DNA of 64,000 nt from the human T2T-CHM13v2.0 reference genome, Homo sapiens, in the NCBI RefSeq assembly GCF_009914755.1, contig NC_060925.1. One strand, 5' to 3'. How positions within the stretch are numbered: position 1 is the first letter of the stretch; each line of letters begins with the position of its first letter. The notes beneath the pieces were generated by a model. It saw nothing but the letters and a program-made list of their open reading frames with translations, ran no database searches and was not told the DNA's origin. Shown piece after piece: positions 1-14,160 of the stretch. Position numbers and translations under genes: made by a program.

Positions 1-2810
1 ATATTGTTAATTATTTTCTGATTGTTTTATATATTATTTATTTATTTTTCTTCTATTGTTTCTCATTTTGGTTTGGTGGATTTCTGTAATGAGTCATTTC
101 TCTTCCTTTCTGTGTGATTACTTTATCAGTGAGTTTTATACTTTCATGTTTGTTCATGATGGTAAATGTTATCCTTTAACTTATAGGTTTAAGACCCCCT
201 TAGATATTTCTTTTAAGACCTGTCAAAATGGTAACAAGTTCCCTCAGCATTTGCTTGTCTGGAAAATATTTTATTATCTTTCATTTATGAAGGATAATAT
301 TGCTGGATGTACCCTTCTTCATTGGAAGTTTGTTTGTTTTTTTTCGGTACTTTTAATATATAATTCCATTCTCTTCTGGCCTGTAAAGTTGCTGCTGAGA
401 GATTTGATATTAGTCTCACGGAAGTGACTCAACATCTTTGTCTTTCTGTTTTTAGTATTTGCTCTTTGTCTTTGACTTCATACAACTGCTTATAATGTTC
501 CATGGAGAAGAAATTTTTGCATTGTATCTGCTTGGGGATCACTGAGCCATTTTCATGTATTATTTTATTCAATAAGTTTTCTATTTTTTTGTTACCTCTA
601 TGCCTTTGGTGATTCTGATAATTTTAATATTCAATTGCTTTATGCTGTCTTAAATATCATAGAGGCTTTGCTCATTCTTTTATATTATATTTTCTTTATT
701 TTTGTCTCACTGGGTTCTATCAAAAGACCTGTCTTCAAGTTCTGAGATTCTTTTTTCTGCTTAATCAAGTCTATTATTGAAACTTTCAAATGTAAATGTA
801 ATTTGTATTTCCTTTAATAAAGTCTTCATATCCAGAATTTTTATTTGATTATTATAAAAACATATTCTAAATATATATTCTAAAAATGTATACTATTTTT
901 GAAAAAATATGTCTTTGGTAAGTTTCTCATTTATATCCTGATTTTTTAAATATTTTATCTGTATTTTATAGAATTCTCTTTATCTAACTAAGTTTCTTTA
1001 CAGATAATGTTTTAAATTCTTTATCTATTATTTTGAGAATTTCCATTTGGCTAAGATTTATAGTTGGATAATTACTGTGTCCCTTTGGAAGTGTCATATT
1101 TCCTTTTTTCATGAGTCTTGTGTCCTCACATTGATATCTGCACATCTGGTGTAACAGTCACTTCTTCCTATTTTTAAATTTAGGAGACTTTTTCCTGAAA
1201 ATGTATCTATAATGTGGGTTGAATAGGGCATTTAGCTATGATTCGGGATACTTGCAGTAGTGTAGTCTCTATGATTTCTTTGACTGTAAACAATTTTCAT
1301 AATGTTTGTGATTTCCTCAGTGGCTTGGGGTAAACTTATTAGTGAAGATTATGGCAAAGTCGTGCTGGGGACTAGAATGCCAGAAGTGCCAATATTCAAA
1401 GACTAGTGATTGCACCTGTGGGTTTAGCATGCCTATTTTTGTGCCGCAGGGCAATATACATTGGCATCTGTGTTGGTAGCTATCAGCGAGCCAATTCTTG
1501 GGCTTTCAGATTGTTTGCTTGGATGGTGGTTGTGGCAGAGATGGACTGAGTGGATGGGTGGGTTATAGGTCCCTAAGCAGCCAGAGTGGTAGAGGAGATA
1601 GTGGTAGCAGTGGCAAGACAAGTCTCTGAGTCCCAAGTGGTGTGCATTGGTGGTGGAGGTGGCTGTGATGGTCTGGGCAGCCCAGTCTTCAGGCTTGCAG
1701 ATGGTGCTTGCAGATAGGTGCCAGCTGTGTTGGTAGCAACCAGATGTTTAGATTTAATCTCAGGCCCTCTGGAGGAGTTTTCAGATGCTGCAGTGGTGGA
1801 TTAAATTGGGCAATTCCCAAAACCCTGGCTATGTGATCTGTCTTGGAATGATGGGTAAAAGCCAAGTGGGAGGGCTTGTGCTCAGGCCCAGCCAATGATG
1901 AGAGAAGGCACCAGTCATGATGGGTGGGGGCAGAGTGCTCCAAGTAGAGTGCTCAAGTAAAGAGTGGTTGCGGCTGTGCTGAGACCCTGCCACTGGAGTG
2001 GATGGCGCAGGTTTCATCGGACACAGCCTGGGTCAATGATGGGGCAAACATTCATCCCTCTCATGCCATAGCCCCAGTGGGGTTCAACTCTCAGTCCTGG
2101 CAAGAATAGCACATGCCTAGTTCACACCTCAGCCCAACTGTAGGAACTGCCTGCCCAATTTGCAATTCAGTCCTAGCAGCAAGTTCTACCCCATTTGCAT
2201 CCTAGTATCAGTCACTATGGGGCTCACTTACCAGAACCAGCAGCTGCAGTCTATGCCTCATTCAATTATCAGCTCCAAATGTGCGAATTTGTTCCCAGAT
2301 CACACCCCAGTTCCTGCAGCAACATCCCAAGCTTTCCTAACACCTCAGTCTCAGTGCCACTGAGCTCCAGGGCAGAAAGCTAGGATTTAAATTGGCACTT
2401 TGCTATAACTACTTATGTCAGAGAAAGGGTATGGGGCCAAGCACAAACTCCATCCTGGAGCAATTCTTTCTCACAGTCTCCTGGAAGCTCCCTGTGTTAG
2501 TTTCAAGGCTTCACAGGGTCAAAGGGCTCTTCTGTGGCAAGACTCCATGGTGGGAATGCAGACTACCTCAATTTTCTCACTTACACTCTCTCCATGTGGG
2601 GAAGACACTCCTGTCTCCCAGCCATTCCCAGCCAAGCACACTGGCTCTTTCTGTCTCTTCTCCTTCCTTGATTTCAATGTTTCCTGTCACTTTTCTGTTG
2701 CATTCCAGTGTTCTTTCTTATATAATGCATTCAGTGTGATTGTCTACATACTATTTTTGTTCTTCTGAGTAAAGGAGACAAGCATGAAATTCTTCTAGCC
2801 ATCTTGAAGC
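1..2810 (-). mobile_element. Old L1 (L1M/L1MA-PB class): ORF1 region and 5' UTR
   Basis: T-rich antisense ORF1-like sequence (gacctgtcttcaagttctgagattc) grades into a GC-richer 5' UTR. It ends in ctagccatcttg, the reverse complement of the L1 5' CAAGATGG motif. Confidence 0.8.
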
Positions 2811-2914
2811 CCCTCCTTGTGTGTTTTTTAAAATATCACTTCTCTTTGCCACTTCTTTCTCATGTTTAGAGTTAAAAGCAACATGGTCTTAATTGACATA
2901 CTGAAAATCCTAAA

Positions 2915-5621
2915 TTGTAGTCCATGATTGTTGCTCTTAAAATAATACCTGTCACTGGGTAATTTATAAATAAACAAAATGTATTTCTTCCAGTTCTGGA
3001 GGCTGGAAAATCCAGAGTTAAGGGAGTGCATCTGGTGGGAACTCCACAGAGTCCCAAGGCAGTACAAGGTGTTAAATGAGGAGGGGCCTGGGGATGCCAG
3101 CTCAGGTCTCTCTTTTACCCTATATAAAGCCACTAATGCCAATCCCATAATAACCCATTAATTCATTAACCCATGAATCTATTCATCTGTGAGTGAATTA
3201 AGTCATTAAAGACAGCAGGAACCCCATGACACAGTTATCTGTTTAATACCTCGCCTCTCAATACTGCCATATTGAGGATTAAATTTCAACATGCATTTTG
3301 GAAGGGACAAATATTTAAAGCATAGCATTCTGCCCATAGTCCCTCAAGACTCATGTGCTTTTCATATTCATCTAATCTCATTGCCCTAAAGTCTTAACGC
3401 GTTCCAGTACCAAGTCAAAAGTTTAAAGTTCAGAGTCTCCTTCTGTAAACCTGTAAAATCAAAATAAGTTAGTTACTTCTAAGACACAATGATAGTACAA
3501 GCCTGACATAGGTATTCCTATTTCAAATGTAGGAAATAGGCAAAAGAAACTAGGAACAGTCCCCAAGCAAGTGCAAAACTCCAAAAGACAGACATTCAAT
3601 CTTAAAGGAGGAGAACAATTTCTTTTAACTCTATGTGCCATTTCCTGGACAGACTGGAGGTCAGGTGCCCAAGGCCTCAAGCAACCCTGTCCCTACGGCT
3701 TTACTGGGTGCAGCCAACACAGCTGCCCAAACAGGCTAGAGTCAAGTACCTGAAGATTTCCCAGGCAAGTATTGCGTATTGCCAGTGACTCTACAGTTCG
3801 GAGGTCTTGGTGGCAATCCTACTGTCATGGCTCCACTAGGCACTGCACTAGTGGTAAGTCTCTGACCCTGCCTTTCCATTCCGTTTCACTTTATTTGGGT
3901 CTCTCTATGGTAGCTCTGCCCCTGTGACAAATCTCAGGCTTGGCTCCCAGACTTTCAGTGACATCCTTTGAAATCTGCATGGAAGTTGCCTAACCGCCAT
4001 AGCCCTTGCTTTCTGTAAGCCTGAATAATTAACACCATGTAGGTGTCCCAAGGCTTATGGCTTGTATCTTCTTGAGTGAAGGGTAATATCAGTCTCTACC
4101 TGGACCTATTTATGCAACAGCAGGTGTGGCTAAGAAGCACTGGAAGGGATTTCAAGGAGCAGAATCTCAAAGTGGCTCTGGAAAGTAAGCCTATGGAGCA
4201 AGCTGTGGACCTATGCCCCAAACCATCCTACCCTCCTAGGCTTCTGAGACTGTGATGAGAGGGGAAGCCTCAGAGTTTTCTGAAATGCTTTTGGGGTCTT
4301 TCATTGTCTCTAGAAATTGCAGCTGGCCCCCTTCTTTTTTTTAAATTATTGATTCAGGGAGCACATAGTCTTCTTAGTTACATGGGTATTGTATGTGTAA
4401 TGGTGGGGGTTGGGCTTTTAGTGTACCCATCACCCAAATATTGAACACTGTATCCAATAGAAACATTTTCAGTGCACACATCCTTCCTACTCTCCCCTCT
4501 TTTGGAGGGAGTCCCCGTAGTTTATACTCTTCATTTTTGTGTCCCTGGGCTAATTCCATTACCAAATGATCCCTGGGCCACATCCTTGGTTTCCTCTCCT
4601 GAACACAGGTGTTCACTATTTACATGACCAAGCTGAGAGTTTTCTAAACTTTTTGTTCTGCTTCCATTTCAGATTATAAATCTATCTTTAAATTGTTTCT
4701 TTGCTGCTGAATCAGTGCAAGCAGCCAAAAGTAAACGTGCAGCTCCTTCTAAATTTTGCTTAGTAATTTCCTCTGCTAGATATGTTAGTATTCATCTCTC
4801 TGAAGTTCATCCTTCCACAAAGCCCTTATGGACAAGTTATTTGCCAATTTATAACAACATAAAGCTGGTCTTTACTCCAGCTTCCAATACCTTGGTTCCT
4901 CAGTTCTATCTGAGACCTGGTTAGAATGGACTATAGTGCCTATATTTTTATCAGATTTTTGGTCACAACTAATTAACCAATCTTTTTGAAATTTCAAACT
5001 TTCTCTAGTCATTTTGTTAGTTTTTGATCCCTCACCAGAGTTACCCTTAATATACTATTTAAGTCAATGCAGGGTTTTTCTAGCCTTATCTTCTAAGCTC
5101 TTCCAACCTCTACCCATTATCCTATTCCAAAGCTATCCCACATTTCCAGATATTCTTTAATATCAACAGCCCCATTAACAGCACCAATTTTGTGTCTTAA
5201 TCCATTTTACTGTTGCTTATAACAGAGCACCTGAAACTAAGAAATCAATAAGGAAATTAAATTTGTTTCTTACAGTTATATAGGGTGAGAACTCTGAAGT
5301 TGAGAGACCACATCTGGTAAGATTCTTCTGGGTTGTGGGAACTTTCTGCAGAGTCCTGAGGTGGTACAGTGCATCACATGGTGAGAGGACTTATACAGTG
5401 AATTCAGGTATCTTTCTCCTCTTATGAAACCACTTACAGGCCACTCCTGTAATAATCCATTAGTAAACTAAGCCACGAATCCATGAATGGATCAATTCAC
5501 TCATGAGAACTCTTCTCTTATCACCCGATTACTTTTTAATAGCCCCACAACTCTATACAGCCTCACTGGGGGTAAAATTTCAACATGAGTTTTGGAGGGG
5601 ACAAATATATAAAATATAGAA
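2915..5621 (-). mobile_element. Full-length MaLR provirus (MLT1A/MSTC-type): LTR ~2915-3327, internal region, LTR ~5193-5621
   Basis: Two similar LTRs (both with aaatttcaacatg..ttttgga.gggacaaatat) flank ~1.9 kb of MaLR internal-like sequence. Confidence 0.8.
4335..4546 (-). mobile_element. Short L1 3'-end fragment (L1PB/old L1PA) inside the MaLR internal region
   Basis: A poly-T tract is followed by gttacatgggtatt...gtacccatcacccaaata, typical of an L1 3' UTR in antisense. Confidence 0.7.
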
Positions 5622-6225
5622 TTTGGGGTTTTTTTTCAGTATTGATCTATCTACACCCATTATTTCTGTTTTGAAAAAAAAACAAAATGTTTCATATGGT
5701 TGCCTATTATCTCTTTTCCATGCCATTTCATCCATAATTTGATTAGTATTTGGATGATCAAAAGATCATCCTTTCTGCAGTCCCTTGAACATCCTGTGCT
5801 CCACACTTCACTGGGAATTTTCTCATTTTCTCACTTTGCCTAGAATATTCCCACCCGATTTCTCTTTATTCTGGCCAACAGAAGGTTTCATATAATAATA
5901 TTTCTTCAGAAAGGATTTCTTTTTGTTTCATAGATACCTCTCTCGTATAGGTTGACTTAGCATCCTGCAATCTTCCTTTCATATTACTCTTCAGTGTTAA
6001 CGTTTCTCAATAACTTCTTGTTGCATTAGACTATACATATGATAAGAGCAAAAGCCATATTCATATTGTTCATCACTTTATCTCAAAGGACTAGAAAGTG
6101 ACTAGTCTAATAGGAATGGATTTTTAAGTCCATAAGTTATAAATCTAAAAGTTTGGATTTAAAACTTTGGAGATTGAGTGACATTAGGCAATTAGAAAAC
6201 AAAAGTCCTACCTAAAGAATAAACT

Positions 6226-6545
6226 GTCTCAGTTCACTTTTTGCTGTTATAACAGAATACCACAGATTGGATGATTTATACACAATATGTTTATTTGGCT
6301 TGCAGTTCTGGAGGCTGGAAAGTCCAAGATCAAGAGGCCAATTCCGGTGAAGATCTTCATTCCCTATCACCTGTGGGAAAAAGGGGATGAATTCTTGAGA
6401 CCACTGACCCACTCCCATGATAACTGCATTAATCCATTAAGGAGAAAGGATCTAATCACCTCTTAATGATCCCATCTCTTAATACTGTCACAATGTCAAT
6501 TAAATTTAAACCCGAGTTTTAGAGAGAACATTCAAACCATAGTAG
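6226..6545 (-). mobile_element. Solo MaLR LTR (MLT1A0/MSTC-like)
   Basis: gttataacagaataccacaga...cagttctggaggctggaaagtccaagatcaag...ttcaaaccatag. Confidence 0.8.
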
Positions 6546-6839
6546 TGACTGAAGGTATATGAATCTGAGACTTTGGATTAAAAATTTGAACGTAATCAAA
6601 CTTCCATTGAGACTAATAAAAATATAAAAGAGAGAGAGATGAAGAAAAAGGCACTTATACACAATATCATAAGTAAATCACTCAATATTTAGCCAATCAA
6701 AAATGAAATTTAAACAACAAACTTTTCACTTATCAGCATGAATAAATCTTACAAACATATAATTCATCAAAAAATTTACCCTAAGTAATTATGTTTAGAA
6801 ACAAATAGAACTTAATATTATTCATAAATGTTTAAAATC

Positions 6840-6962
6840 TTTTTATTTTTGAGACATGATCCCACTATGTTTCCCAGGTTGCAGTACAGTCATATAGGGT
6901 AATCATAGCACACTGCCTCTAGAGGAGCCAGAATTATAGGTATGCGCCACCACACCAAGTAA
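6840..6962 (-). mobile_element. Degenerate Alu monomer fragment (AluJ/FRAM-like)
   Basis: ttttgagac...cccagg..gcagtacagt...attacagg-like gcgccaccacacc. Confidence 0.6.
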
Positions 6963-6964
6963 AT

Positions 6965-7475
6965 CCATAAAGTTTAAATCGTGCACTGTTCTGAGTAGCT
7001 TGATAAAAATCTCAGTTACTGCTGCATCATGTCCTGTACGTGAATCATCCCTTTGTGTAACTTATCCATGTTACGTGCTACCAGCCCCTTAGTCACTTAG
7101 TCATCATCCAGGTTATCAGATTTATTGTTGCAGTACTGCAGTGCTTGTGTTCAGGTAACCTTTATTTTACTTACTAATGACCCCAAAGCACGAGAATAGT
7201 GATGCTGACAATTTTTTTGCTATGCTACAGAGAAGCCATAATGTATATTTCCTTTAACTGAAGAGGCGAAAGCTCTTGACTTAATAAGGAAAATAAAAAA
7301 ATATATGCTGAGGTTGCTAAGATCTGTGGAAAAAACAAACCTTCTATCTGTGAAATTTTTAAAAAGGTAAAATAAATTTCTGCATAATATATATAGGGTT
7401 CAGTACTATTTGCAGTTTCAGGCATCCACTGGGGATCTTTGAACATATCTTTGGTGAACAAAGGGGGACTACTGT
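6965..7475 (+). mobile_element. MER44 (Tigger7-derived) DNA transposon, 5' part lost
   Basis: ctgttctgagtagc..gtgaatcatccctttgt..ccccaaagc..gctgaggttgctaagatct, ending in the terminal inverted repeat (TIR) gggggactactg followed by TA. Confidence 0.85.
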
Positions 7476-7779
7476 ATAATAAATATGTATATATCAATAT
7501 AGAAAAACACATATTAGCTATTTATGGGAATGGTAAACACTAAGTGTGCTGCCACTGCAAATTAAGGAAAAAAATTACAGAGAGGTGCCGAACAGAATTC
7601 AACTGTATCTTTAATGTTTTATGTATTAAAACAAAAGAAAACATGGATTTTAAGTATATAAGGCTTAATATTAGCAGTTGTAAAATGATTGTATAGTTTA
7701 TGGATGTCATTCACATTATTCTCTATAATAGTCTAAATATTTGAAATATTTTACATTTTTAAAATTAGATAAAACTACA

Positions 7780-8950
7780 CTTCCAAGAAGATGCATTAGA
7801 TATATTTTCCCCTGTTCTTTCTGATATGTGCTGCTGAAAACTCTTGGTATTATGTATAAAATATGAGAAGACCTTGAAAGCTAAAAAGAAGTCAGACTGG
7901 TTAGGGGTCTCAGAACAAAAAATTTGGAAACACAGTAAGCTTCCTGAGTATTATTTTTGCCTCATATATTTCATGCAGGATGCTGGAGAAGCCTAGAAGC
8001 AGACAAATGGACGCAGACAAAATAAGCCCCTCAAAAGCCTGTTCCTTTGACACAAACAAATAGGAAAGGGAAAGCCTAAGGAAACAGAGGTTTGAGAAAG
8101 TAACCTTTCTGTTACCACCAGACACTACCAACAATTGTCAAGTTAGTGTCCTAGACTTTCACATTTGCCAGGTTATAAAAAGATGTCCCAACTCCCCTGC
8201 TGGGGAGGTTTTGAAGGGGGCTGCATAGGGAACTGGAACTCTATCTCCACCAGGTAATAGCCAGCTCCAGTACTACGTCTTCCATGATGGCAATGGAAAC
8301 CATGCAGAGAGCCTGGACTTTCACCCTCACCAGCATTAACAAGGACTCCCTCTCCGTCCCCAGTGTAGAGTCAGAGGACGTATTGGATAGAGTCAATACT
8401 TTCACCATCACCAGAGGGTAATAACACCATTCCCACTGCAGTGTCAGTGGAGACTACTTAGGGAGCAGTGACAAGACACTTCCACCCCTCTTAAACAGCA
8501 AAGCATCATTGGATACCTGGTGGGGAACAGGAACTCCCATCACTGTCTAAGGTAACAAGGCATCATCCCCTTTGGTCTCAATGGAAACCCATTGGAGAGT
8601 CTGAGTTGCTATCGTCACCTAGTTATAATAAGGTGGCTCCTCTTCCCCAGCTGAAGGCATGTCAAATTATACAGCTAAAAAGAAAATATGCAAATAAGAT
8701 TGAGAGTCTCATAACACAACACAAAAATGTCTTGATTTTAATAAAAAATCTGGTGTTATACAAAGAATTAGAAATATCTCAAACTGAATGGAAAAAGACA
8801 AGCATGGCAAATGCCAAAGTGACAGAGATATTAGAACTATCTGACAAAGAGTTTTAAAGCAGAAATCATAAAATGCTTCAATGAGCAACTACAAATGCAC
8901 TTCACCCAACTGAGAAAAAAAATAGAATGTGTTATTAGAATAAAAATGGA
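7780..8950 (+). mobile_element. Old L1M 5' UTR and start of ORF1
   Basis: L1M-type 5' region leading into agaactatctgacaaagagttttaaagcag...ataaaatgcttcaa. Confidence 0.65.
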
Positions 8951-8958
8951 CACACTTG

Positions 8959-9360
8959 TGTTAAAAACCCTAACAAATGGAGGTGGAGAAGGCTGCAAGG
9001 GGAGGGTTTTCGTGCATGCATCCATAATAACAAGAACTATCACAAAAGACTGCAAACACCACAACCTTGCACAAAGGCCATCACGGGCTTACACACAAAT
9101 AATACTTCTGTGAGGATATCTGCTTGGCAACTGCCTGTGCAGCCTTAGCCTGGTGCTATCCTTGCTATTAACCCTATAATTATCTCAAAATAATTATATA
9201 ACCCTTCCCACTTTCTCTTTAAGAACCTTTGTCTTCCTTTACCTCCCTGAATATGCTCATTATTTACTATGACATGTATATTCCCATTGCAATATTCACT
9301 CTCAAATAAAAATAATTTCTTTTATAGAGGCTCTCTCTGTTCATTATCGAGGCTTTGACA
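8959..9360 (+). mobile_element. Solo LTR (MER72/LTR47-like)
   Basis: TG...CA termini, aactatcacaaaagactgc..accacaaccttgcacaaaggccatc, and AATAAA near 9305. Confidence 0.65.
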
Positions 9361-9710
9361 AAAGCCTAAAATAGCTCTTAGATCCATACGAGAATTGACA
9401 TCACAGAGCAAACAGCTGCCAAGAAAACTGAAGAGAGCGGAAAATACATTGTATTGTTTGTGGGGAGAGGAGGAGGAGAAGCCTGCTGCTGTAGTAGTAT
9501 AAGTGCTAGAACCAAAGTGAGGACTGCCTGAAGAGTTAAAAACTCCCAGGACCCATTCCTGGTCTGGGGTGGGAGTGAATCCTATATTTTTTAAAGTTTT
9601 TTCCTCTGGGACCTTCACCAGGTTCTCATTGTGAGGATCAGAGGAAAACTTTGTCATGCTTTGAGTAGAAGAAAAAAAAAAGTACCACCAGAGGCTTTGG
9701 TCTACTGGGA

Positions 9711-9747
9711 AACACACACACACGTACACACACACACACACACACAC

Positions 9748-9780
<33 letters not shown>
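9711..9780. repeat. (CA)n(GA)n compound microsatellite
   Basis: Seen directly in the sequence. Confidence 0.95.
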
Positions 9781-10355
9781 ACCCCCTCTAAAGACTTAGT
9801 TGTATTATTGTAGAACACTTCTCCTCCCCAGTATCTTACCACTACAACAACAGAGCTCCAGGATAATAAAGGTGAACCACAATTGAACAAGCTGCAAGAC
9901 ACAAAATCCATTTATGAAATCTCCAGGGAAACTCAAAGTTAACAGTGGAGAAAAAGCAAGGACACTAGATACTATTGAAGACTGATATCTACAGGTATAA
10001 CAAACACTAAACACTTTCTAACTCCTAGTTAGATAAACATAAAATTTCACACTAAAGGACTGTTTATCTCAGTTCCTACTACTTGATGTCACATGTCTGG
10101 CTTTCAATAAAAAATTAAACACAAGCATGCTAAAAGACAAGAAAAAAACACAATCTGAAGAGAGGAAGCGAAGCAAGCATCAGAACCAGATTCAGATACA
10201 GCAGAGACATGAGGGTAAAGAGAACCAGGAATTTAAAATAACCGTAATTAATATGTTGATGGTTCTAAAGAAAAATAAAACAGCATGAAAGAACAGGTAG
10301 GTAAGGTAAGCAAGGAGATTGAAACTCTAAGAAAGAATAAAAAGAAAATCCTAGA

Positions 10356-10835
<480 letters not shown>

Positions 10836-11607
10836 AAAATGTTAGAAATTAAAAAAGAATTGCACAGAAATAAATAATTCCCTTGATGACTCACCTGTAA
10901 ATCAGACATGGCCAAGGAAAGAATCAGTGGGCTTAAAGATATCTTGATAGAAACCTCCAGTACTGAAATGCAGAGAGAAAAAATAATGAATAAAGCAATT
11001 GAGCCAAATAGTCAAGAATTGTTGGATGTTGATAAAACGTAAAACATGAAATGGAAGTATCAGATGGGTCAGAAAAAGACAAATGAGCAAGACAAATATT
11101 GAATTATTTGAAATATTAATTGCTGATAATTTTTCAAAATTAATGACACACTGAAAACCACAGATTTAGGAATTTCATAAAATACCAAGTATGAAAAACC
11201 TCAAAAAACTGATGCCTAGGCATATCATATTTATTACAAAACAAAAGACAGAGAAAACCTTGTGAAAAGCCGGTGGTGTGGAGTGGGGTCATGTGAAACC
11301 TTATATTTAGAGAAACTAAGAATTACATTAGACGTCCCTTCAGAAACCATACAAGCAAGAATAGAGTGTAGTGAAATATTTAAAGTGTTTGAAGAAAAAC
11401 CAAGCAATCTAGAATTTTGTATGAAGTTACATTACCCTTAGTATTGAAGAAAAGTTAAAGTCTTTTTCAGACAAACCGAAGGCATTTGTTGGCAGTAGAT
11501 ACGACTTGCAATGTGTCAAAAGGTATTCTTCAGAGAGAAAGAAAATGATATAGGTCAGTTTTTCATGAAGAAAGGAAGCACATCAGAGAAGGAAGAAATG
11601 AAGATTA

Positions 11608-12745
11608 TCAGTGCAATGCTGAATAGAAGTGTTGAGAATGGATGCCCTAGCATTTTTCCTGAACTTATTGGGAAGGATTTAACGTTTTATCTGTAAATAT
11701 TACATTAACAGAAGCCATTTTGAGGATGCCCTTTGTCATATTGAAGTTTCCTTTTATTCATACTTTTCTGGGTGTTTTCAATAATAGATGGATGTTGAAC
11801 TTTGCCAAATGAGTTATCTGCATATATTAAGATATCATATTATTTTTCTCTTTTATACTCTTAATACAGTAAATTACACTAATGGATTTTTTAATGCTAA
11901 GCCAATCGTGCATTGTTGAAACAAACCCCACTTAGTAGCAAGTTATATTTATTTATATAGATTGCTTTGGATTATTTTGCCTCTTTTTTCAGGAATATTG
12001 AATCTATTGTAATAATACATTACTTTGTTTACTTGTAATACTTTGGTCTGTATATCAGTTTCTTAGGGCTGCCATAACAAAATACTACAGACAAAATGAT
12101 ATCCAACAACATAAATTTATTGTCCCACAGGTCTGTAAGCTAGAAGTCCAAAATTAAGGTGTCACCAGGACCATGCTCTCTCTGAAACTGGGGATAGAAT
12201 CCTTCTTTTTCTCTTACTAGCTTCTGGTAGTTTGGCTGCTATCTTTTATTACTTTGGATCTCAGGCGCAGCATTTTTATCTCTGCTTCTCTATTCACATA
12301 TCAGTATCTTTTCATATGTGCGTCTCCTGTTTTTATAAAGACACCACTTCTACTGGATTATGGGCAATCCTAATTTGGTGTGACCTCATTTTAACTTGAT
12401 TACATCTGCAAAGATCCTGAATCCACATACAGTCACATGCACAGGTACTAAAGATTACTATCTCAGTATGTCTTTTTGGGAGATATTCTACCTACAATAT
12501 TGTTTTTGTATTAGCGTTATGCTGGCTTTATAAAATGTATTGGGGATTTTTCTTTTATTCTAATTTGTGAAATATATGGTATATAAATGCTGTTAATTTT
12601 TCTATAAATATTTAAGATAACTCAGCTGTGAAAGCATATGGCTGTTGAGTTTTCTTTATGGTAATGTTTCTGATAATGAATTTTTAATTGACACAATGAC
12701 ATTATTTTATCATCAAAATTGCTAGCATATTCTATGTTGTTTTGG
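11608..12745 (-). mobile_element. Old L1M ORF2 fragment, interrupted by an MLT1
   Basis: caatgctgaatagaagtg.tgaga.tgga, ggatgttgaactttgccaaatg, aaaccccactt: antisense reverse-transcriptase (RT) region. Confidence 0.75.
12049..12500 (-). mobile_element. MLT1B/C-type LTR
   Basis: tgtat..gtttcttagggctgccataacaaaatac...ctagaagtccaaaattaaggtgtc. Confidence 0.8.
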
Positions 12746-12751
12746 TAATAA

Positions 12752-13137
12752 GGTGGTTTGGTAGGCGGCATAAATCTATGAATATATTTACTTATATGGC
12801 AAAAAGGACTTTGCAGGTAAAATTAATTATCTAGAGATGGAAAGATTATTTTGCATTATTCTGGTGGCCTAATGTAATTATGAGGCTCCTTACAAGACAG
12901 AGTCAGGAGAATCAGCATCAATAATAGGAAGGTGGACAGCATTTAGAATCTGGAAAAGCTAAAACATGGATTATCTTCTAGAATCTGCAGGATACAGCAT
13001 TATCAACTCCATGACTGTAACCTAGTGAAACTGATTTTGGACATCTGATTCACAGAGCTGTAAGAAAATACACTTGTACTTGTTTAAGTTACTGAGTTTG
13101 TAGTAATTTATTACACTAGCAATAGGAAACTAATATA
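12752..13137 (+). mobile_element. MLT1D-type LTR
   Basis: tatggcaaaaaggactttgcag...agcaataggaaactaata. Confidence 0.75.
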
Positions 13138-13854
13138 AGGTAGATCAAAATCATTTTGACAAACTAAAAAAATAGATTTTCTTCTTATATTGCTATATCA
13201 AAACAGGAAGACTTAATAATAAAAATATTTGAGCTTATGTATTTGTGCATTTGATTTTCTTATTTTTATGAGAGGTTTTACTTTGCTAAAATTTATTTGT
13301 TACTTGCTTTCTACTATGCTGTTGTCATTGGGTTTTTAGTCTCAAAGGATTTCATTGTAGCAAATATCTTGCCTTTCCTTTAGAGATCTGAAAGAGGTCA
13401 CTGGATGCTTATACTATGCTGAAGTATCCTTTCTACAATTCTTTTTTCAATTGCTGTTTACTCAAGTGAATGTTTGAGCTATTCTGTTGAGTGATGATTT
13501 GTTTTGTTAAAGGCATAAGAGAACAGGATATTCTCCTTTAGGAATACAGCTCAATATTACACAGACATTACTTTTATAACCCTAATTGCAGTGTGGTTTT
13601 CTTTGTGTAATTCTAGATTAGGATCTGACATTTGTAAACTCATTGATCAAAAAAGTAAGCTTTCTTTAGGGAAGGTAGAAGCAATAACGCAAATAAGGTC
13701 TTTATGAAACAGAAAAACCACTTTGATTATTTTCTCATTCAAACAAATATGTAGGAACTATGGAAACTTAATGCAAATATAATAGCAACATTTTCTCTCT
13801 TGCATTTCGCTCTTTCAAATAAAACTTGTTTTCAGGCAAAGTCAAATTGTTTAG

Positions 13855-14160
13855 TGCAGCACTGCTGAGTAACAAGTTAATATAACCAACATATGTCATT
13901 CAAATTTTTCTAATAGTCTCATTTAAAAAAAAAGTAAAAAGAAGAGGCTAAGATTAATTTTAGTTATACATTTTATTTAGCATGCTGTATCTAAAATATT
14001 GTCCTTTCACGACCAATTTATAAAACATAATTGAGCTTTTACATTTTTTCACACAAAATCTTTAAGATCTGATATGTGTCTTATATTTACATGACATCAC
14101 AATTAAAACAAGCCACATTTTAAGTTCTCAGTATCTAGTAACTACTACAGTGGATGACGT
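13855..14160. mobile_element. MER33-like hAT-Charlie DNA transposon
   Basis: aaattttt.ctaatag...aaaaaagtaaaaagaa..gg...attaatttta; agccacattttaagttctca. Confidence 0.65.

Noticed and set aside
6965-7475. Segmental duplication with 47433-47623 and 58365-58548
   Set aside because: The similarity is explained by two independent MER44 copies with different internal structure and flanks.
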